Positions 46,915 through 55,395 of a DNA stretch of 55,395 nt are shown one piece after another. The stretch lies in NCBI GenBank assembly GCA_963575745.1, contig CAUYUJ010000164.1, positions 62,001 through 117,395 of the forward strand, written 5' to 3'. Each line of letters starts with the position of its first letter. Position 1 is the stretch's first letter. The notes beneath the pieces were generated by a model. It had not been told where the DNA came from, made no database searches, and saw nothing but the letters and a program-made list of their open reading frames with translations. A program made the translations under genes and the position numbers. The DNA comes from Prorocentrum cordatum. Its lineage: Eukaryota.

Positions 46915-48590
46915 ACAGCTCCGACTGGGGGGTCTCTTAGAGCCAAAGCGGAACAGCCCTAACGACCCCCCATGACCTGGGCAACGCCCCTGGTCCAGCC
47001 GCCTCGGCGGCGGCCTCCGCAACAGAAGATCGGCCCCTCGTGGAGCCAACACTCGGAGCAGACAGCTCCGACTGGGGGGGTCTCTCAGGGCCAAAGGGGG
47101 ACAGCCCTAACGACCCCCCCATGACCTGTGGGGCGGCGCCCCTGGTCCAGCCGCCTCGGCGGCGCCTCTCACGAGAGAAGATTGGCTGGAAGCACGCTCG
47201 GGACGGACAGCTCCGACTGGGGGGTCTCTTAGGGCCAAAGGGGAACAGCCCTAACGACCCCCCCATGACCTGTGGGGCAGCGCCCCTGGTCCAGCCGCCT
47301 CGGCGGCGCCTCTCACGAGAGAAGATTGGCCCCTCGTGGAGCCAACACTCGGAGCAGACAGCCCCGACCGGGGGGTCTCTTAGGGCCAAAGGGGAACAGC
47401 CCTAACGACCCCCCCATGACCTGTGGGGCAGCGCCCCTGGTCCAGCCGCCTCGGCGGCGCCTCTCACGAGCAGAAGATTGGCCCCTCATGGAGCCAACCT
47501 TAGGGCCGGACAGCCCCGACCGGGGGGTCACTTAGGGCCACAGGGGACAGCCCTAACAACCCCCCCATGACCTGTGGGGCGGCGCCCCTGGTCCGGGCGC
47601 CTCGGCGGCGCCTCTCACGAGCAGAAGATTGGCTGGAAGCACGCTCGGGACGGACAGCTCCGACTGGGGGGTCTCTTAGGGCCAAAGGGGAACCGCCCTA
47701 ACGACCCCCCCCTGACATGTGAGGCCGCGCCCCTGGTCCAGGCGCCTCGGCGGCGGCCTCCGCAACAGAAGGTTGGCCCCTCGCGGAGCCACACTCGGAG
47801 CGGACAGTCTGGACTGGGGGGTCTCTTAGGGCCAAAGGGGAGCAGTCCTAACGACCCCCCGGTGACCTGTGATGTGCTCCCTTGAATTCCGAGGCGCTGT
47901 AACCCTGGAGTTCCCCCCGAGGCACTAGCCCTTCTGCCGAGTTTGGGGCCATGGCTCTCCTCACAAAAACTTGTCTTGCCGTGCCCATGGTAGCCCCCTA
48001 GAAAGTTTCCTTCGGAAGGGAAACGCACGTTCATGGCCGAACTCGGAGGTTCTACTTTGCTGCGCCCGCCCAACGGCCCTCAGAGAAGCCTCGGCCCGAC
48101 TGGGGGGTCTCTTAGGACCAAAGGGGGGCGACAGCCCTAACGACCCCCCCATAACCTGCGGGGCAGCGCCCCTGGTCCAGGCGCCTGGCAACGCAGCTCC
48201 GCAGCAGAAGATGGGGTCCTCGTGGAGCCACACTGGTAGCGGATAGCTCCGACTGGGGGATCTCTTAAGGCCAAAGGGGAACAGCCCTAACGCCCCCCAT
48301 GACCTGTGGGGCAGCACCCCTGGTCCAGGCGCTTCGGCGGCGCACCTCTGCAGCAGTCAGTGGGGCAATCGGAGAGCCACACTCGGAGCGGGTATCCCCG
48401 ACCAGGGGGCTCTTAGTGCCAAAGGGGAACAACCCTGACGACCCCCCCGGGAATGTTAGGCAGCGCTCCCTGTCGAATGCGTGGGCACGCATGGAGCCGC
48501 ACTCGGGGTGGATAGTCCAAATTGGGGGGTCTCTTAAGACCAAACGGGAACAGCCTTAACGACCCCCCTGGCCTGTGGGGCAGCGCTCCT
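46915..48590 (+). repeat. ~145-152 bp satellite with an internal TTAGGGC/GCCCTAA hairpin; diverged copies at 45360-45760
   Basis: CCGAC(T/C)GGGGG-type anchor near 46921, 47068, 47213, 47364, 47516, 47660, 47811. Confidence 0.92.
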
Positions 48591-48754
48591 GGCCTGGGCG
48601 GAGGGGTCCGACCCCTCCTGCCCCTTCCCAATTTCGGCAATCCTGGAGATCGGCGAATTGGGAAATGTGTTGGAACCGTTAGTAGTGGGTGGTAGGGTGG
48701 CCAGTGCCCCCCTACCACCTTAAGCCCTCACACCGCGTCAAGGTGGTTCCTTGG

Positions 48755-49070
48755 GAGGGAGGAGGAGGAGGAGGAGGAGGAGGAGGAGGAGGAGGAGGAG
48801 GAGGAAGAGGAGGAAGGAGGGAAAAGGGAGGAGGCGATCAATGAGGGAGAGGGGGGGGGGAAGGGGAGGGGGAAGGGTGGATACGAACGAGGAGGACGAG
48901 GAGGAAGACGAGGAGGAAGAGGAGGATGAGGAGGAGGAAGAGGAGGCGGGGGAGGAGAAGAAGGGGAGGAGAAGCAGGAGGAGGAGGAGGAGGAAGAGGG
49001 GGAGGAGAAAGATCCCGAGGGATGATGATGATGATGATGAGGAGGAGGAGGAGTAGGAGGAGGAGGAGGA
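48755..49070. repeat. (GAG)n microsatellite
   Basis: Direct reading. Confidence 0.9.
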
Positions 49071-49836
49071 CCAGTGGAAACCCAAGAGTCATCAACGATG
49101 TTGGGATTACCCCCCCTCGAAGCTCCCTCTTCACAGGCTCCTACAACGGTTCACTTCCATTTGGGGAACTGCCTCGCTGGAAGACGACAGTTTGAAGATC
49201 CTGAAGCGTGCCAAAACATGGGTCTCGGGATTATCAACCTGACTGCTGCGTCTTGACGATCCAGAACCGTGCCAGCACGCCATTTTGGGGACGTCAACAC
49301 AGCGAATCATCATAGCTGTTGCGCCCGCATAATCCTGAATCCTTCCCAAACACAACCTCTGGTACGTTGATCATACGAACCCGTGAAACTCTTGCAAGTG
49401 TTAAAAAAAAACTGCGCGCGGCACTAAGGCGAGAGCCGCATTTTGAAAAGGATCAGTCCTCGATCCGTGAAGTTTTTGCAAATGTTTAAAACGAATGTGC
49501 GCGGCGCTAAGGCGAGAGCCACATGTTGAAAAAGGAACCGCACTCACTCCGTGAAGCCCTTGCAAATGTTTAAAACTAATGTGCCCGGAACTAAAGCGAG
49601 AACCACAATTTGAAAACCACCCACCCTCAATCCGTGAAGCTCTTGCAAATGTTTACAACAAATGTGCGCGGCTCTGAGGCGAGAGCAACAGTTTGAAAAC
49701 CACCCGACCTCAATCCTTGAAGCTCTTGCAATGTGTTAAAACGAGAGTGCGCGGCACTACGGGCAGAACCACATTTTGAAAGCGATCCGCCCTCCATCTG
49801 TGAATCCGCTGTCACTGTTTCAGAGTCGTGAGTAGT
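49068..49836 (-). mobile_element. Non-autonomous repeat module, copy 3
   Basis: Body aligns with copy 2 (ACCCAAGAGTCATCAACGA...GCATAATCC.GAATCCTTCCCAAACAC); monomers at 49492, 49576, 49659, 49742. Strand is inferred. Confidence 0.7.
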
Positions 49837-50111
49837 GAGGAAGGAGGAGGAGGAAGAGGAGGAGGAGGAGGCGCGCGCGGACCGCACGCCACCAGCAAGA
49901 GGCAAGCCTCGAGCTGGTGGTCCGGTACAATCAGCACTCAGCACACGCCAGGGCGTGGGCCGAGCGGGCGGGCCGCCCCGCCTGCCTGGCCACGTCGCAC
50001 GCCATCCTCCCCAGCGCCGAGAGCACCAGGAAGAGGTACACGTATGCGGCGGGGGAAGGGGAGACGACGGGCGACAGACTACAAGGTCGGCCCAAGAAAA
50101 ACAAAACGAGT

Positions 50112-52139
50112 TTAATCAGACCCTGAGCTCGCTCCATCGGGAACGGGTTCGGGAACACTGGCCGCTTCCAGCGGCCTCGAACTATCAGCACTGCGGAGCT
50201 CCGCGCGGTCATCGCCGCGCTCGGTGGCCCCAGCTATCTTCACGCCCGTTCTAGGGTGACACCCGCGCTCCAGCCGTCTAATCGACATTCTCTGGTTGGC
50301 GGCAGTGCTCGGGACCTTGGACCTCCCTTTACATTGCTGCGTGAGGTTCCGCAGCGAGCCAAGAGATCCGCGAGCCCCGCACAACTTACAACAGTACACA
50401 TGCAGATGACGGAAAACGTCGTGCCCAAGGTCCCGAAACACAGAAAACTCGTCCGACGGCTCAGGCGTAGCCACAGGAGTCGGGGGACCTTGGACTTCAT
50501 CATTGCACACACGCTGAGCTTCGTCAGCGGCAGCCAGAGCAACCCTCACTGCTTCAAGCTGCACGGGCCTAAAAGCCGCCCCAAACTCGCGAAACCACTG
50601 GTCGCACACGTGTCGCTGGATCGAAGACGGAGAACAATCACGATAGTCCCTGCTCGTGAGCAGGCTCTTAAGCGACTCTAGAGTGCGAGCCACGCGGCCA
50701 CAGCTCCTGCACTTGTAAGTGCTGGTGGCCTCGCAGCGAAATAACACATGGCTGGTGACCGTGACCTTAGGAGGGGCAGGGGCTCTCAAGAGGCGGAGGG
50801 GACGATCAGGGTCAACATGTGTCCATGTGCCTGACTCGAGCAAACGCTGAGCAGCCCACGCAATGAACCGCACCGTGGACTTGTGATATTTTAATTCGCC
50901 TGAAACCGCCGCACAGAAACCTTCAGCTAGCGTGTGAGAGCTAGCCCCTAGTTTTGCGAAAAAATCAGCCCACAGGTTCCCAGCCCAACTTTTGATACAC
51001 AGCCCACGCTCCAAAACGTCGTCAAAACTCAGATGGGCAGGGAACCACGAGAACTGGGGGTGACTAGACTTCAAGTCAAAAATGGACCTCCAGATCGATG
51101 CATGCTTGGACATGCCTTGGGAAAGATGCAGGCTCCAAGAGTTGCCTTCACGCACTACTGCCTGGAGGTCCGACACAATACTCTGATGCTGTGGGTGATA
51201 AGCCAGACCCTGCCGCACTGCCCACCGTTCAGCGCGACCTATGGTCTGACGCTCCCCTGGAAGCGCTCCATATACTGCCCTCAAAGGAAGCAGGCAATCA
51301 AATAACTGCACCACGCTCCAACCAGCTCTGGAGACCTCTGGGACCCCAGAGTGAAAGCAACTACCGTCAGTGAAAGACTGTGGGCCCCAGGGCCCAGAGA
51401 CGTCCCCAAACTCAAAAATGGGCGGGTTGGCAAGCGGAGCGGGAATATTAGTGGGCAGAGGTGGGATGCCATAAGTTAAATAATTAGAGTGTACATCGGG
51501 CTCCCCAGTGATAGAGGCCCGAGACTCAATCAGAACGCGCCTATGCTTAGCTAGGGCCTCAGGAACCTCGTCACCCAAAGCGTCAATCCCGTCGTCAGTG
51601 ATGAACTTAGAACAGGCATACCACACATGTCCGTACGTACCTTGAGGAGCGGAGCAGGCAAGGCACACGGGTGGTACGTCATATTGTAGAGCAGAAAGTG
51701 CAGCAGGTAGCGGAACCACATTCCCCCAGACGGCCGCCAGGGCCCCAAGAGCCCGCTGGTCTTTTACAGCACGTATGCCATTACGTAGCGCACGAAACCA
51801 AGGCTCCCCTTCTGGAGGGTCAGTGTTATAGAGATGCTGCTGCAACCGACGTATCTGCCACCGCTGCACACCTTCAATAATCGCAATACGCACATCACTA
51901 GGACACACCACCAGCAGCGAAATATCTGTACCAAGATCGCTGCGAAAGGTGTGGGCATTGACCATCGTCCAGCCGATGCGAAGCAGGCTGAGCCACACCG
52001 CCGACAGCGGACCTCGAGCCTGCTGCCAAGTAGGGTTGTCGGACATGATGTCTCTCAGACGGGTCCAAGCACGTTGAAGTCTCGATAACTGAATCCTTCC
52101 GTCCCAGACGAACGTGGCGAACTTAACACACACACACAC
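50112..52139 (-). CDS. Zn finger, RNase H and C-terminal Cys/His part of ORF2, frameshifted from the RT at (AC)7
   Basis: CLAC..GTYGHVWYAC; FTDGS, RAERWA, VSDLQ, PAH, GNLWAD; CKLCG...C.G...GCHP. Confidence 0.88.
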   Translation of the reverse strand: MCVCVKFATFVWDGRIQLSRLQRAWTRLRDIMSDNPTWQQARGPLSAVWLSLLRIGWTMVNAHTFRSDLGTDISLLVVCPSDVRIAIIEGVQRWQIRRLQQHLYNTDPPEGEPWFRALRNGIRAVKDQRALGALAAVWGNVVPLPAALSALQYDVPPVCLACSAPQGTYGHVWYACSKFITDDGIDALGDEVPEALAKHRRVLIESRASITGEPDVHSNYLTYGIPPLPTNIPAPLANPPIFEFGDVSGPWGPQSFTDGSCFHSGVPEVSRAGWSVVQLFDCLLPLRAVYGALPGERQTIGRAERWAVRQGLAYHPQHQSIVSDLQAVVREGNSWSLHLSQGMSKHASIWRSIFDLKSSHPQFSWFPAHLSFDDVLERGLCIKSWAGNLWADFFAKLGASSHTLAEGFCAAVSGELKYHKSTVRFIAWAAQRLLESGTWTHVDPDRPLRLLRAPAPPKVTVTSHVLFRCEATSTYKCRSCGRVARTLESLKSLLTSRDYRDCSPSSIQRHVCDQWFREFGAAFRPVQLEAVRVALAAADEAQRVCNDEVQGPPTPVATPEPSDEFSVFRDLGHDVFRHLHVYCCKLCGARGSLGSLRNLTQQCKGRSKVPSTAANQRMSIRRLERGCHPRTGVKIAGATERGDDRAELRSADSSRPLEAASVPEPVPDGASSGSD

Positions 52140-54047
52140 CAGTAGTGGAGTCGTAGATCGGGTCGTATTGCGGATCGGCCTGCGTCAGCAGATACGAAGT
52201 AATGCCACCGTGCTGCTTGGCCCCTGCGATCGTAGCCGCAAGCTGCCTCAAATACTTCAGCGCAGTGTCTGAGATGCCCGACACGGAGCCCCCGTGTCCA
52301 GCTGCTGGGAGAGCTCCAGTCCTCCACAGTCGGGTTGCACGCTTGCCACTTGCATGTTTCAGCGCAACGAACTTGTCTCGACGACGTTTGAGAGCCTGTA
52401 ACCTTTTCTTCTCCTGCGTGCGAACAACCCGACCAGCAGCTAATTCATGCCCGAGATTTCTCATCCATTTACAAACAGGTAGATGCAGCCGAATAGCCAT
52501 CCTCGAAAACACCTTCCGAGCCACTTTGTTCCCAGCAGTGAGCCCCGACTTCTTGACATGGGAGTGGAGCCCCAGGACCTTGGCATCTTCAGTGAACACT
52601 TTCACCGCACGCTCCAGGAAACGGACGTCCCGAGGATCCGAAGTGACGAGCTGAATCGAGATGTCGTCGACTAGGGCTCTCGGTGTAATACAGGGCGAAA
52701 TGTCATTGAGCCTACGCACAGCGCGCAGCGTGAGGAGGAAAAGCATGCCTGTCGCATGATTGCACCCAGCAAGGATGCCTTGATGCGAGCAGAACTGCAC
52801 AGACAGACTGCCGAAAGCTCGAAGACGTCGTGGCTGCCTGTACAGATCCACCAACATCCAAGCTAGCCGCATTGGAAAGTGCAAAGCTTCAGCTTCTTTC
52901 AGCAGCTGCTCCGAGTGTACCATCTCGAAGCATTTGATCATATCTAAGAGGACAGAAATGGAAATATCACCGACTAGCGCCGCCATCTCGGCAGCAATGT
53001 TATGAGCAAAAGCACTGTCTGAGGAGCTGTGGCCCCGACGAGTCCCCCAAACAGCGTGGCAGTCATTACGCTCTTGCCAGTCGAAGGTGATGGGCTTGCG
53101 AACTTTGCCCCAGACACGGCACAGCAAAGAGACGGGCGCGATCAGTCGAGTCCCACCATCTGGTTTGGCAAGACGACACATCTCATTACAGACGCGCTCT
53201 CTAGGCCAGGCCAGGTGCAGCTCGCAAAGGTTAAAGAGTTCTGCAATCGCCGAGAAAGCCTGTCTAGGCAGGTGTATTAAAGCTCTCGGATGAATCCCCA
53301 TCATGCCTCCAGCAGTGCGAGTGGGGTAAGTGTGAACAGCATCCTCCACCTGAGCGGCCGTGATGCGCGGCAGACTGGGCCAGCTGGTGGACCCACGCGG
53401 AACCTCGAGAACGGAACGACCGTGGGACAACCAAACCTCCTTCCAGGGAACGAGTTCCGCATCGGCCTGCTGGTGGGGAGCCTCACGCGCCTGGTTGCTT
53501 AAAACCTCTTGGATGGCCTTCACCTTTGAGAACCTGTGAGCCTTCGAGGCGCCAGCAGAGAAAGCGTCCCTAGCCCATTGCCTCCAAGCCTGGGACGCCG
53601 CGTTCTCCGCACGAGCGATTGCAGACTTCGCCCGAATGTAGATAGTAGTAAGCATTCTGGCAACATCGGGACGTGCAAGGACGGCGAAGCCGCCATTGAA
53701 GAAATCACGCACATCAGAGTCAAGGCAACCAAGAACTTTTTTACAGCGGGCGATGTTGGCCATGAAACGATTGAACTCCTCAAAAGCCGAAATAAGCTTG
53801 CGACATTGGCGAGGCGCAGCAGCGCACGGAGCATCGTTAACTTGCAACAGCCTAATTTGCTCACTGAGATGTTCTCTGGCCTTGCCAAGGTGTTTGGCCC
53901 ACCCAAGAGCGACGGCCCAGGCTCGTGCCTGTGGATCCTTATAAGTCCTCCTTCTGGGGGGAGTCCAGACAAGCTTTTTGAAATGGACCTCAAGAGGCCC
54001 ACTGCGGCCACGTAGGCCTCGGCGGCAACGCCAACACGGCCCCACCT
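52123..54047 (-). CDS. Reverse transcriptase part of truncated ORF2
   Basis: KPDGGTRLIA, LLDMIKCFE, GILAGCNHAT, LVDD, RNLG. Confidence 0.88.
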
Positions 54048-54242
54048 GGAGAGGAGGAGGAGGAGGAGGGGGAGGAGGAGGAGGAGGAGGAGGAGGAGAG
54101 AAAGGAGGAGAGAATGGAGGGAAGAGGGAGGAGGGAGGAGGGAGCAGGAAGGCGGGAGGAGGAAAAGGCGGAGGAGGAGAAGGAGGAGGAGAAGGAGGAG
54201 GAGGAGGAGGAGGAGGAGGAGGAGGGGGAGAACAGAGAGTTG

Positions 54243-55395
54243 TTTTTTTGCCCCGCAGGGTAAAACTCAAACCTGTTTATCTATGGAGGAAGCTGGCGGC
54301 CTCCTCTTCAGCCTCAAGGTCAAGCTCTGGAGCAAACGGCTCCTGGGCCTGTCCCTGCATCCCCTGGAGGGGCTCCTGAGCAGATCGCCGCTGCTCTGGA
54401 GCCCTCAAAACATGATCCTGAAAACCAGCCGCCTCCTCTCGTGCTGCTATCCGCTGCCTCAACCTCTCCAGTCCTGGGATTAAACTGCTGCCTGGAAGAT
54501 CAACGGAAGGGCACTGAAACCACACAGCACGCTGGGGGCGCTGTTGGGTATCCAGAAGCCTCTGGCGCTCCGCATCACTTAAGATATGGAGCACAACACC
54601 TGGGGCAGCTCGATTGGACTGGGGATGCAGACCACGGAGCATACGATTGAGGCGGCACTTACTCGCAGAGGATACTACATATCCACGACACTGCTTTTCC
54701 AACTGGTGGCTGAGGCGCTCTGTGCTGTAGGCGCCACACCGCCTGCCAAATGCCAGATTGGGACCTGACGACAGCCGTGTATAGACCGGGTCGTGTCCGA
54801 GCGTCGGGCGAGCGAGAAAAGATAAATTCTGTCTCCTTCCAGGGCGCCCCGACATATCAAGTGAAGCCGCATTCGTACCTGCACGACGTGCATGACAATC
54901 ATGACAGATGAAAGAGCCAGGTGCGCCAGGCACTGCCGTCCAAGCATGCCAACGGTGCGCACCCGTACTTCTTGGCCGAGGAACCTTCTTACGCTCAGGG
55001 AGCTGGGGTGACGGGAAAAGGGGCAGCACAGAGCCCATCACCCGAGCCACAGCACGGACCTTGCCAATCGTGGCGTTCAATTCATCCCAGGAGGCTTGAG
55101 GTTCCTGGGCGTGCATCGCAAGAGCTTCCTTCGCAAATCGATCCGCTAGAAAGTTAGCTATCGCGATCCTCCGCTCATCTTGCGGTAGGTTATAAATTAC
55201 CTCCATACTGCGGTGGGCAGGGGTGTGGGTGCAGGGGCCGGCGTCTATCTCCCAAAAACCCCTACGAAGCCCCACGTACTTATTTCTGGAGGAGACTTGC
55301 TGGACAGCTGGCATGGTATGGTACCCCACAGGACCCAAACAATCGGACCACACATTTATCTGGTGAGCCAGCTGTCCAGTGTAAAAAACTTATCG
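54243..55395 (-). mobile_element. 3' end of a third RNase H-type non-LTR element (ORF 54277..55353), running off the window
   Basis: WSDC, TPAH, IANFLADRFAK (RNase H C-half); CHDC; RRCGAY...CRG...RGLHP; A7 tail at 54243-54249 followed by (CCT)n. Confidence 0.82.

Larger units (their letters stand above)
49871..54047 (-). mobile_element. 5'-truncated non-LTR retrotransposon (RT-RNase H, no APE or ORF1) in (CCT)n
   Basis: Same motif series as 38290-43179; GAG tracts at 49838-49870 and 54048-54230. Confidence 0.9.

Overview
GC-rich eukaryotic repeat region, most likely dinoflagellate: it carries a near-perfect dinoflagellate spliced leader (DinoSL) at 13904-13925. I cannot name the species and see no confidently identifiable host gene. 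Contents: (1) a 3'-truncated Ty1/copia LTR retrotransposon (LTR, tRNAiMet-type PBS, gag-PR-IN); (2) four minus-strand non-LTR retrotransposons with (CCT)n microsatellite on their sense strand at every visible end: one near-intact ORF1 + APE-RT-RNase H element, two partial relatives and one decayed L1/Tx1-like element; (3) a DinoSL-headed 1.5 kb retrocopy and an RT fragment associated with (CAT)n; (4) three copies of a non-autonomous module with 83-bp monomers; (5) many satellites and microsatellites. The most interesting signal is that spliced-leader sequence marks the 5' boundary of three different microsatellite-embedded retroelements. This suggests SL-trans-spliced, microsatellite-targeted retrotransposition (inference). 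Most short ORFs in the track are artefacts of triplet repeats. Repeat boundaries are approximate.
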